Shown here: piece by piece, positions 1 through 7,828 of the stretch | How positions within the stretch are numbered: position 1 is the first letter of the stretch | Layout: each line of letters starts with the position of its first letter | Source of the DNA: Candidatus Aldehydirespiratoraceae bacterium | GTDB lineage: Bacteria > Actinomycetota > Acidimicrobiia > Acidimicrobiales > Aldehydirespiratoraceae | Direction: 5' to 3' | Assembly: GCA_965243715.1 (NCBI GenBank) | Contig: CBDEVU010000018.1 | Span: 18,473 to 82,472 of the forward strand | Length of the DNA stretch: 64,000 nucleotides | Position numbers and translations under genes: made by a program | Notes under the pieces: model-generated | Told to the model about the DNA's origin: nothing | The model's database searches: none | What the model saw: only the letters and a program-made list of their open reading frames with translations

Positions 1-2
1 GT

Positions 3-353
3 CTCACCACCGGGCGGGCCTTAGACTCCTACAACACGGGTGTGCAGTCCGGTGGCTACGATAATCCGATCCGCTACGGAGATGCCCTAGAAATCAACCC
101 GACTGACGCCCGCGACCGTGACATCACCGACGGTGAACGGGTACTGGTTTCGTCGCCTCGTGGTTCGGTCGAGATGGAGGTCCGGGTTCAGCCCGATATT
201 CCCGTTGGCCTGGCGTTCACCACCTTTCACTTTCCCGATCTGGTCGATATAAACACGATCACCAACGACGAATGGGACCCCGATTCCGGAACGGCGGAGT
301 TCAAGGCAGCGGCGATCCGTATAGACAAGCTTTCGCTAGCCGCCCATGGCTGA
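3..353 (+). CDS. Molybdopterin oxidoreductase / formate dehydrogenase alpha-type catalytic subunit, C-terminal end (5'-partial, continues upstream of the window)
   Basis: The frame is open from the window edge (LTTGRALDSYNTGVQSGGYD...). EINPTDARDRDITDGERVLVSSPRGSVEMEVRV...FHFPD...EFKAAAIRI looks like the MopB C-terminal dinucleotide-binding barrel of FdhA/FdsA-type enzymes. Confidence 0.7.
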   Translation, partial: LTTGRALDSYNTGVQSGGYDNPIRYGDALEINPTDARDRDITDGERVLVSSPRGSVEMEVRVQPDIPVGLAFTTFHFPDLVDINTITNDEWDPDSGTAEFKAAAIRIDKLSLAAHG

Positions 354-2097
354 CCTCTACATTTCCGACGACACCGCCGACACGGTAGAAAGGGCGGCCG
401 TGGACGCCGCGCTGGGCGGGCGTTTTGTGGTGGTGCGCGAGACCGAGCGACTGGTCCGAGCGGGCACCGCAAAACGCCGCGACCACCGTCACCTGTTGCT
501 CCCCGCCCTGCACGCCTTGCAAAACGCGAAGGGTTGGATCAGCCCCGGTGGCCTCAACTACGTGTGCGAGATGTTGCAGGTCCCGCCCGCCGAGGCTTAC
601 GGCGTAGCAACCTTCTATGACCTCTTTAGTCTCGCTGAACCCGAGCACGCGGGCGATGTCACCCACGTGTGCGTTGATGCGGCCTGCCAAATTGCGGCGA
701 GCGCGGCGAAGATTGCCGAACTAAAGGCCGCCGGTGCCTTCGTCCACGAATCGCCGTGCCTGGGTCAGTGCGAGAAAGCCCCAGCGGTGTTCATCCAGGG
801 AGTCGGTGGTCCCGACCACGTCCCCGCCGATCTTGATCCGCTCGAATTTCATCAACTCGGCGACCCCACGCTCCGGCTACTGAAGCGAATCGGGGTCGTC
901 GACCCTACTTCGCTCGACTCCTACCGCGAACACGGCGGCTACGACGCGATGGCTGCCGCCGTCGCCATGGGCGCCGTTGCTGTTTGCACCGCTGTGGCTG
1001 ATTCGGGCTTATCAGGGCGAGGCGGCGCGGCCTTTCCCACCGGGATCAAGTGGCGGGCGGTGGCCGCCGAGAAGGGTCGCCCGAAGCACGTGGTTGCTAA
1101 CTGCGACGAGTCCGAACCGGGCACCTTCAAGGACCGAGTGGTCATGGAGCACGATCCCTTCGCGGTGATCGAGGCGCTCACCGTGGCGGGCTTCGCAACG
1201 GGAGCAGAGAACGGCTGGATCTACATCCGCGGCGAGTATCCCCTCGCTACCGCTCGGCTCGAAAACGCCATCGCCCAATGCGTTGAGGCGGGGCTTCTCG
1301 GCGACGATGCCGCCAATTCTGGCCATACGTTTAACGTCGAGGTGCGGCGCGGCGCCGGTGCGTACATCTGTGGCGAAGAGACCGCCCTGTTTGCGTCGCT
1401 CGAAGGATTCCGCGGCGAACCGCGCAGCAAGCCGCCGTTCCCGACCACCCACGGCCTCTTCCAGCAGCCGACGGCGATCAATAATCCTGAGACGATCCTC
1501 AACGTTCTCGACATCATGTTGATCGGCGCGGAGGCGTACCGCAGTCGCGGCACGGAGCGTTCACCGGGAACCAAGCTCCTGTGTCTCAGCGGCCGGGTCG
1601 CCCGACCGGGCGTGTACGAAGTCGAGTTCGGCGTCACGCTCGGGGCGGTCATCGAACTAGCCGGGGGCCTCACCGGAAACGGCGAGTTGGCCGCCATCTT
1701 GATGGGTGGCGCGGCCGGTTCGTTTGTCGACGCCTCGGCCCTCGATATGCCCCTCACCCTCGAAGACACCCGCGAACGAGGCACCACGCTGGGCTCCGGC
1801 GTCGTAATGCCCTTTACTACCGAAGTAGACATGGTCGATGTCTTAGTACGTATCTCGAAGTTTTTTCGCGACGAATCGTGTGGCCAATGTGTTCCGTGTC
1901 GGATCGGCACCGTCCGCCAAAACGAGACCATGGTGCAAATCCAACGCACTGGTTTGCTTACCGCCGAGCGGCGCGCCCTAGTCGACGACATCTCGGCGGT
2001 CATGGTCGATGCCTCGATCTGTGGCCTCGGGCACACGGCCGCGTCGGCCATCAACTCCGCCCTTGATTTGGGCTTGATCCCCGGTACTGACTCATGA
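346..2097 (+). CDS. NAD-linked formate dehydrogenase beta-type diaphorase: NuoE-like 2Fe-2S domain fused to NuoF-like FMN/NADH/4Fe-4S domain
   Basis: NuoE-like Cys pairs (VCVDAAC...CLGQC). NuoF motifs GRGGAAFPTGIKW, CDESEPGTFKDR, CGQCVPCR, ICGLG. 8-nt overlap with the upstream CDS. Confidence 0.8.
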   Translation: MADLYISDDTADTVERAAVDAALGGRFVVVRETERLVRAGTAKRRDHRHLLLPALHALQNAKGWISPGGLNYVCEMLQVPPAEAYGVATFYDLFSLAEPEHAGDVTHVCVDAACQIAASAAKIAELKAAGAFVHESPCLGQCEKAPAVFIQGVGGPDHVPADLDPLEFHQLGDPTLRLLKRIGVVDPTSLDSYREHGGYDAMAAAVAMGAVAVCTAVADSGLSGRGGAAFPTGIKWRAVAAEKGRPKHVVANCDESEPGTFKDRVVMEHDPFAVIEALTVAGFATGAENGWIYIRGEYPLATARLENAIAQCVEAGLLGDDAANSGHTFNVEVRRGAGAYICGEETALFASLEGFRGEPRSKPPFPTTHGLFQQPTAINNPETILNVLDIMLIGAEAYRSRGTERSPGTKLLCLSGRVARPGVYEVEFGVTLGAVIELAGGLTGNGELAAILMGGAAGSFVDASALDMPLTLEDTRERGTTLGSGVVMPFTTEVDMVDVLVRISKFFRDESCGQCVPCRIGTVRQNETMVQIQRTGLLTAERRALVDDISAVMVDASICGLGHTAASAINSALDLGLIPGTDS

Positions 2098-2963
2098 CCA
2101 TGATCGAAACCAAAGTCTCGTTGACCATCGACGGTGAAACCCTCGAAGTGCCGGAGGGGACATCGATTCACAAAGCCTGTGAGGCCGCGGGCATCGACAC
2201 GCCCACTCTCTGCTGGGCTGAGAACCTCACCCCAGTCAGTGTCTGTCGGGTGTGTGTGGTCGAAGTCGAGGGCAGTCGCGCTCTAGTACCGTCGTGTGCT
2301 CGTGCCGCCGAAGAAGGCATGGTCGTGGAAACCGATTCCGACCGAGTCCGTCACAGCCGCAAGATGGTGCTCGAGTTCTTGGGTTCAGGCGTCAACCTTG
2401 ACCAAGCCGAGGAACTCCACCAGTGGATGAAGTTCTACGGCTCTGAACCGGATCGTTACGACCAGTACGAACTTCCCGCCGTTGGAATGGGTGAGGCGCC
2501 CAAGATTCAAGACAATCTCTACATCCGCGATTACGACCGCTGCGTGCTCTGTTACAAATGTGTTGAAGCGTGCGGCGACGACGCTCAGCACACTTACGCC
2601 ATTGCGGTGAGCGGCCGCGGGTTCGATGCCCGAATCTCCACCGAGTTCGACGTGACCCTGCCCGATTCGGCGTGTGTGTATTGCGGTAACTGCATTGCCG
2701 TGTGCCCCACCGGCGCGATCCAGTTCAAGACCGAGTTCGACATGCGCCAGGCCAACGATTGGCGGCCCGCTGAACAGGACGTAACCCGCACGGTTTGTTC
2801 GTATTGCGGGGTGGGTTGCAACCTCGAATTGCACACCCAGGACGACAAAATCGTAAAGGTCACATCGCCCGCCGATCACTCGGTTACCAACGGTCACTTG
2901 TGCATCAAGGGGCGCTTTGGTTGGCAGTACGTCCAGCCCGTTGACGCTCCGAGTCGGCGCTGA
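2094..2963 (+). CDS. NuoG/FdhA N-terminal-type iron-sulfur protein (2Fe-2S, two ferredoxin-type 4Fe-4S, MopB-type 4Fe-4S) lacking a molybdopterin catalytic body
   Basis: CRVCVVEV region, CVLCYKCVEAC and CVYCGNCIAVCP motifs, then CSYCGVGC...GHLCIKGRFG. ATGA overlap with 346..2097. Stops after 289 aa. Confidence 0.7.
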   Translation: MTMIETKVSLTIDGETLEVPEGTSIHKACEAAGIDTPTLCWAENLTPVSVCRVCVVEVEGSRALVPSCARAAEEGMVVETDSDRVRHSRKMVLEFLGSGVNLDQAEELHQWMKFYGSEPDRYDQYELPAVGMGEAPKIQDNLYIRDYDRCVLCYKCVEACGDDAQHTYAIAVSGRGFDARISTEFDVTLPDSACVYCGNCIAVCPTGAIQFKTEFDMRQANDWRPAEQDVTRTVCSYCGVGCNLELHTQDDKIVKVTSPADHSVTNGHLCIKGRFGWQYVQPVDAPSRR

Positions 2964-2964
2964 T

Positions 2965-3011
2965 CCGCCGTTAGCTCAACCCCCGTTAGCTCAACCCGCC
3001 GTTAGCTCAAC
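2965..3011. repeat. Intergenic tandem repeat, 3 units of about 16 bp (CCGCCGTTAGCTCAAC / CCCCGTTAGCTCAAC / CCGCCGTTAGCTCAAC)
   Basis: Read directly from the sequence between the convergent stops of 2094..2963 (+) and 3007..3957 (-). The last unit contains the minus-strand stop codon. Confidence 0.9.
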
Positions 3012-3957
3012 GAGGGCCAAGGTTGTCGAGTATGGCTCGGGCATGGGCGGCGGGTGAGGCCGTGGTGGAAAGGGGGTGCGCCGCGACGGCGGCGGTGATC
3101 GTCTCTCGAAGGGCGGTTTCGACACGGGTGGCGATTTCGTAACGTAACCGTTGGTCCCGCCGGGTTTCTCGCTGTTCGGTGGCTTCGAGATGCTGGCGAT
3201 GGGCGCTAATGGCGGCCCACATTGCTGCGACACCGTCGCCGTCGGTGGCGGTCGTCATCAGGATCGGTGGGCGGTAGCCGGTTGGGTCAAGGTGTCCGCT
3301 CAGGTGGCTCAGGTCGAGCATCAACTCGAGGTCGCGACGAGCGTCCGATGCCCCCGGACGATCGGCTTTGTTGATCACGAACACATCGGCTACTTCCAGC
3401 AGTCCGGCTTTGTTGGCCTGCACGGCGTCGCCCCACCCCGGGTTCACTACCACTACGGTGGTATCGGCGGCTCCGGCCACGTCGACTTCGACCTGACCCA
3501 CGCCGACGGTTTCAACGATGACGGGGTCGAACCCCATCGCGTCGAAGACCCGGACGCATCCCGGCACGGACAGTGCCAAGCCCCCTGAGTAGCCGCGGGT
3601 CGCAACAGACCGAATGAACGCATCCTCGCCCGCTAGATCGTCCATGCGGACACGATCGCCCAGGATCGCTCCCCCGGTGAGCGGCGAGGACGGATCGACG
3701 GCGATAACGGCGGGCCGACAACGTAGTTCACTAAGCAAGCGGATCAACTGACCGGTGAGTGTGGATTTCCCCGCCCCCGGCGCGCCGGTGATGCCCACGA
3801 TGTGTGATCCGGTGGTTCGTGGCTGAGTGGCCGCGGCGATCTCGTCGGCGAACGGGCCGCCACGTTCGACCAGCGTGAGGAGGCGACCGATGGCGCGGTG
3901 GTTGTGGGCAAGGCCCGCTTCGACAAGTTCGGCGGGGGACAGTCCCCGAATGCTCAC
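3007..3957 (-). CDS. meaB: MeaB/ArgK-family G-protein chaperone of B12-dependent acyl-CoA mutases
   Basis: P-loop GITGAPGAGKSTL, DPSSP, VETVGVGQ, INKAD motifs. GTGA overlap with the upstream B12-binding subunit gene. Confidence 0.85.
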   Translation of the reverse strand: MSIRGLSPAELVEAGLAHNHRAIGRLLTLVERGGPFADEIAAATQPRTTGSHIVGITGAPGAGKSTLTGQLIRLLSELRCRPAVIAVDPSSPLTGGAILGDRVRMDDLAGEDAFIRSVATRGYSGGLALSVPGCVRVFDAMGFDPVIVETVGVGQVEVDVAGAADTTVVVVNPGWGDAVQANKAGLLEVADVFVINKADRPGASDARRDLELMLDLSHLSGHLDPTGYRPPILMTTATDGDGVAAMWAAISAHRQHLEATEQRETRRDQRLRYEIATRVETALRETITAAVAAHPLSTTASPAAHARAILDNLGPR

Positions 3958-4355
3958 GTATTCACCGCGGCGCGCACCGCGGCAACCACCTCGGCGGCGG
4001 GCGCACCTGGGCCGAGGATGGCGGCCACACCGGCGGCCTCCAACGCGGGCATGTCGACCTCGGGGACGATGCCGCCAACGATCAGCGGGATGTCGAGGTC
4101 GGCTTGATCGAGAGCCGTGAGCATGGCTGGAGCGAGCGTAAGGTGGCCCGCGTTATGCATCGAAAGTCCGATGGCGTCGGCGTCTTCTTGTTTGGCCGCG
4201 GCCACGATGGAGAGCGCGGTTTGGCGGAGGCCGAGATAGATGACCTCCATCCCCGCGTCGCGCAAGATGCGGGCCACAACCTTGATCCCGCGGTCGTGGC
4301 CGTCGAGTCCTAGCTTGGCTAAAACGATGCGAATCTGCTGATCCTTCGCCATCAC
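3954..4355 (-). CDS. icmB: Acyl-CoA mutase small subunit (cobalamin-binding domain)
   Basis: 133 aa. LAKLGLDGHDRGIKVVA contains the DxHxxG B12-binding motif. Overlaps the stop of the large subunit. GTG at 4355 or ATG at 4352 are both possible starts. Confidence 0.8.
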   Translation of the reverse strand: MMAKDQQIRIVLAKLGLDGHDRGIKVVARILRDAGMEVIYLGLRQTALSIVAAAKQEDADAIGLSMHNAGHLTLAPAMLTALDQADLDIPLIVGGIVPEVDMPALEAAGVAAILGPGAPAAEVVAAVRAAVNT

Positions 4356-5953
4356 ACGATTGCCTGTTCTACGTACCTGCCGAAAACGATTTCCATGGCC
4401 CAGGCGATCTCTTCCTCTGTGGCGTAGGCCCGAGTGGCGTCGATGATCGACGGCATTAGGTTCACGGTGGGATCCCGGGCATCGGCGGTGACCTGGCGGA
4501 GCGTGCGATGCACGGCGTCGGTGTCGCGATCTTGTTTGGCTGCCGCTAGGCGCTTGCGTTGGTACTCCTCGGTCGAAGGGTCGACCCGCAACAGGTTGGT
4601 CTCGTCGTCGTTGTTACCTTCGGTGAAGTCGTTCACACCCACCACGATGCGCCGATCGGCGTTGACCTCGCGGGCGAAACGATAAGCGGCGTCGGCGATT
4701 TCACCAACGAAGTAGCCGTTTTCGATCCCCGCGTAGCAGCCTTCGAGAATCGATCCGTCGCCGAGTTCGTCGAGGTGGGCAAAGACCTCTTCGGCTTGGC
4801 GTTCCATCTCATCGGTCATCCATTCGACGTAGGGCGCGCCGCCGAGAGGGTCGACGACGTTCGCCGCGCCGGTTTCGTGAGCCACGATTTGTTGGGTTCG
4901 TAACGCAATCCGGGCCGCTTTCTCGCTGGGCAGGGCGAGGGCTTCGTCGAAGCTGTCGGTGTGCAGACTCTGAGTCCCGCCGAGCGCCGCAGCTAAGGCC
5001 TGAAGCGCCACCCGAGCAATATTGTTCTCTGGCTGCTGGGCGGTGAGCGACACTCCGGCGGTCTGGGTATGGAAGCGACACATCATGGCCCGTTCGTCGG
5101 TGGCACCGTAGCGTTCCTTCATCCAGCGGGCCCAGATACGGCGGGCGGCCCGGAACTTGCCGATCTCTTCAAAGAAGTCGCTGTGGGAGTTGAAAAAGAA
5201 GCTGAGCCGTCGGCCGAATTCGTTAATGTCTTGGCCTTCGGCGAGGGCCGCTTCGACGTAGGCGAAGCCGTTGGCCAGCGTAAAAGCGAGTTCGTGAGCG
5301 GCGGTGGAACCGGCCTCGCGAATGTGATAGCCGGAGATCGAGATGGGGTGCCATCTTGGCAACTCGGCGGTGGTGAACTTCACCATGTCGGTGACTATCC
5401 GCATCGACGGGCGGGGCGGGTAGATGTACTCCTTTTGCGCCTGGTACTCCTTCAGAATGTCGTTTTGGATCGTGCCAGCTAGGTGGCGCCGAGCGACACC
5501 TGTCTTCTCGGCGACGGTCACGTACATGGCGAGAAGGGTTGCGGCAGGACCGTTGATAGTCATCGAGGTGGAGACACGGGCGAGATCAATGTCGGCGAAG
5601 AGGTCTTCCATGTCGGCCAGGGTGTCGACGGCCACGCCTGCCCGCCCGACCTCGCCGAGGGCCCACATACTGTCGGAGTCGCGGCCCATGAGCGTCGGCA
5701 TGTCGAACGCCGTCGAAAGCCCGGTGCTGCCGTGGCGGAGCAGTTCTTTGAACCGGGTGTTGGTGTCCTCCGCGGTTCCGAAGCCAGCAAACATTCGCAT
5801 GGTCCAAAGCCGGGACCGGTAACCGGTGGGGTGAAGGCCGCGGGTGAACGGATACTCACCGGGCCACGGAGCGTCCCCATAGACCGCCTCGACCGGTATG
5901 CCGGACATTGTTTGAGCAGGCACGGTTTGGGCAGGCACGGTTTGGGCAGGCAC
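4352..5953 (-). CDS. icmA: Acyl-CoA mutase large (substrate-binding TIM-barrel) subunit, isobutyryl-CoA-mutase-like specificity residues
   Basis: Collinear by eye with MutB (WTMRMFAGFGTAEDTN, GLSTAFDMPT, TIQNDILKEY, ISISGYHIREAG, HTQTAG). Phe at the MutB Tyr89 position and Gln at the Arg207 position. Start is ambiguous: GTG at 5953 lies inside a repeat, and ATG at 5908 (MSGIPVEAVYG) is equally possible. Confidence 0.75.
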   Translation of the reverse strand: MPAQTVPAQTVPAQTMSGIPVEAVYGDAPWPGEYPFTRGLHPTGYRSRLWTMRMFAGFGTAEDTNTRFKELLRHGSTGLSTAFDMPTLMGRDSDSMWALGEVGRAGVAVDTLADMEDLFADIDLARVSTSMTINGPAATLLAMYVTVAEKTGVARRHLAGTIQNDILKEYQAQKEYIYPPRPSMRIVTDMVKFTTAELPRWHPISISGYHIREAGSTAAHELAFTLANGFAYVEAALAEGQDINEFGRRLSFFFNSHSDFFEEIGKFRAARRIWARWMKERYGATDERAMMCRFHTQTAGVSLTAQQPENNIARVALQALAAALGGTQSLHTDSFDEALALPSEKAARIALRTQQIVAHETGAANVVDPLGGAPYVEWMTDEMERQAEEVFAHLDELGDGSILEGCYAGIENGYFVGEIADAAYRFAREVNADRRIVVGVNDFTEGNNDDETNLLRVDPSTEEYQRKRLAAAKQDRDTDAVHRTLRQVTADARDPTVNLMPSIIDATRAYATEEEIAWAMEIVFGRYVEQAIV

Positions 5954-5993
5954 GGTTTGGGCACGGTTTGGGCAGGCACGGTTTGGGCAGGCG
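5916..5993. repeat. 15-bp tandem repeat (plus strand GCAGGCACGGTTTGG) of about 5.5 units, including one 11-bp truncated unit at 5961..5971
   Basis: Read directly. On the minus strand it encodes (PAQTV)n at or upstream of the mutase start. Confidence 0.9.
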
Positions 5994-6031
5994 GGTTCTG
6001 AGGTTCGGCAGTCACCATGGCTCCATATTAG

Positions 6032-6043
6032 TTTGACATCAAA
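6032..6043. promoter_or_regulatory. Perfect 12-bp palindrome TTTGACATCAAA in the divergent mutase/marR intergenic region; candidate MarR operator
   Basis: Palindrome seen in the sequence 24 bp upstream of the marR ATG. Function is inferred from position only. Confidence 0.35.
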
Positions 6044-6066
6044 GTATCTCTTCTAGAGTACCGTAC

Positions 6067-6516
6067 ATGACACTCGACTTCGATCCGATTGACGAAGCGA
6101 CTTCGAATTGGCGCGCCGCGCACTGGCCCGCCGTCGAGGCCATGGCGGTCGCCACCTCGATCACCCGGGCTCAGCAAATCCTCGTCGCCCACATTGACGA
6201 AGCGCTCGCCCCGTTGGGTCTGAACCTCAGCCGGTTCGAAGTCCTAGCTCTGTTGTCTTTCACCCAAGAGGGTCACCTCCCGATGGGTAAGATCGGTGTT
6301 CGCCTCCAGGTTCATCCGGCCAGTGTGACTAATACGGTCGATCGGTTGCAATCGGACGGACTTGTGGTTCGTGTCCCTCATCCGTTTGACGGCCGAGCGA
6401 CTCTGGCCGAGATTACCGCCACTGGTCGCCACTACGCTAACGAGGGAGCGCACCTGTTAGGGGCGATCGAGTTTGGAGTCGGGGGTATGGAGTGGGCCAG
6501 CGGGCGGGCGTCGTGA
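6067..6516 (+). CDS. MarR-family transcriptional regulator
   Basis: 149 aa. Winged-helix pattern LSRFEVLALL...MGKIGVRLQVHPASVTNTVDRLQSDGLVVR...DGRATLAEIT. Confidence 0.8.
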   Translation: MTLDFDPIDEATSNWRAAHWPAVEAMAVATSITRAQQILVAHIDEALAPLGLNLSRFEVLALLSFTQEGHLPMGKIGVRLQVHPASVTNTVDRLQSDGLVVRVPHPFDGRATLAEITATGRHYANEGAHLLGAIEFGVGGMEWASGRAS

Positions 6517-6595
6517 AGGCGCTGGCCACTATGCGAGCCGCGGCCGGAGACTTCCCCGCAGAACACTGCGTTACGCTGCCGACTACGGAGGATTG

Positions 6596-7717
6596 ATGCT
6601 CGATTTCACCCTATCCCCTGAACTTGAAGAGCTCCGGACCCGCGCCCGTACCGTGGCCGCGCAAGGGGTGGCGCAGTATGGGGCACATGCCGATTCCTGG
6701 ATCAACGGCTTCTCGAAGGAGTTCAGTAAACGACTGGCCCAAGAAGGTTGGATCGGAATGACTTGGCCGGTCGAACACGGTGGCGGCGGCCAATCTAACC
6801 TAGCCCGCGTCATCATGGGGGAGGAGATGATCTCGGTTGGCGCGCCGATTGCCGCGAGTTGGTTTGCCGACCGTCAGATGGGTCCGTCGCTCATCGCTCA
6901 CGGCACCGCCGATCAACAAGCGGAGTTCTTGCCGGGGATGCTTTCGGGCGACGCTACGTGGTGTATCGGCATGTCGGAACCCGACGCGGGTTCGGACCTG
7001 GCGGGCCTCAAGACCGCGGCGAGACGTGACGGCAACGTTTTCGTCATCAACGGACAGAAGATCTGGACCAGCTTTGCCGCCATAGCCGACTACATCTATT
7101 TGATCTGTCGAACCTCAAGCGACGGTCCGCCCCATCAAGGGGTCTCGGAAATCATCGTGCCCATGGATCTTCGGGGAATCGAAGTTCGCCCGATCAAGGA
7201 CATGACAACCAACCAGCACTTCTGCGAGGTGTTTTTCAGCGATGTGCGGGTGCCCGTGGAGAACCTGGTGGGCATCGAAGGCAACGCCTTCAAACAAACG
7301 ATGGCACAGCTAGAACACGAGCGGGGCGGGATCGACCGTCTGGTCTCGAACCGATCCCTGTTCGACCAAGCCGTGCGGGCCGCGGATCGGTCCAACCCGC
7401 TGGTCCGCCAGCAGATCGCCCGACTCGAGACGAACTACCGCATCGGTCGCATCCTAGTGTACCGCGAGGCGTTGAAGCAGGCCCCGGTCGGATTTTCGGC
7501 CGCGACCAAATGCTTCTGCACTGAACACGAAATCGAAGTGGCCAACTTCGCCGCCGCGACGTTGGGCCTAGCTGCCCTCGCCGATGCTTCGCTCGCTCAA
7601 GCCATTGCCTACGCGCCCGCCTACACAATCATGGGCGGCACCTCCGACATCATGCGCAACATCTTGGGCGAGCGAGTGCTCGGGTTACCCCGCGAACCTC
7701 GGGTGCCTAGGGCGTGA
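6596..7717 (+). CDS. Acyl-CoA dehydrogenase
   Basis: ACAD motifs (GWIGMTWPVEHGG, WCIGMSEPDAGSD, INGQKIWTS, GGTSDIMRNILGERVLGLPRE). ATG at 6596 is preceded by GGAGGA. The longer ORF from 6473 overlaps marR. Confidence 0.85.
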   Translation: MLDFTLSPELEELRTRARTVAAQGVAQYGAHADSWINGFSKEFSKRLAQEGWIGMTWPVEHGGGGQSNLARVIMGEEMISVGAPIAASWFADRQMGPSLIAHGTADQQAEFLPGMLSGDATWCIGMSEPDAGSDLAGLKTAARRDGNVFVINGQKIWTSFAAIADYIYLICRTSSDGPPHQGVSEIIVPMDLRGIEVRPIKDMTTNQHFCEVFFSDVRVPVENLVGIEGNAFKQTMAQLEHERGGIDRLVSNRSLFDQAVRAADRSNPLVRQQIARLETNYRIGRILVYREALKQAPVGFSAATKCFCTEHEIEVANFAAATLGLAALADASLAQAIAYAPAYTIMGGTSDIMRNILGERVLGLPREPRVPRA

Positions 7718-7828
7718 GCCGCACCGATCAGTAGCTCCGAGGGCACCGCCTTGCCCGCGCCCGGCGAGTGTGGCATGCTAGGGCGCAGTCTTATTCCCCC
7801 CCCGGCCACGACCAGCGAAGGACCCCTG

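Noticed and set aside
1221-2171. 316-aa ORF antisense to the NuoF-like gene. Similar long antisense or alternative-frame ORFs occur at 8045..8839, 10182..11240, 18049..18813, 21083..22057, 23230..24039, 26906..27664, 28780..29688, 31357..32073, 44785..45543, 51336..52145, 53787..54524 and 58900..59877.
   Set aside because: These are typical high-GC shadow ORFs. Their products are Arg/Pro/Gly/Ser-rich with no recognisable motifs, and they lie fully inside genes whose translations show strong family motifs on the other strand or frame.
4352-5953. Methylmalonyl-CoA mutase as the product name
   Set aside because: The residue equivalent to the carboxylate-binding Arg207 is Gln and the Tyr89 equivalent is Phe. 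These argue against a methylmalonyl-CoA substrate (see the mutase-specificity finding).
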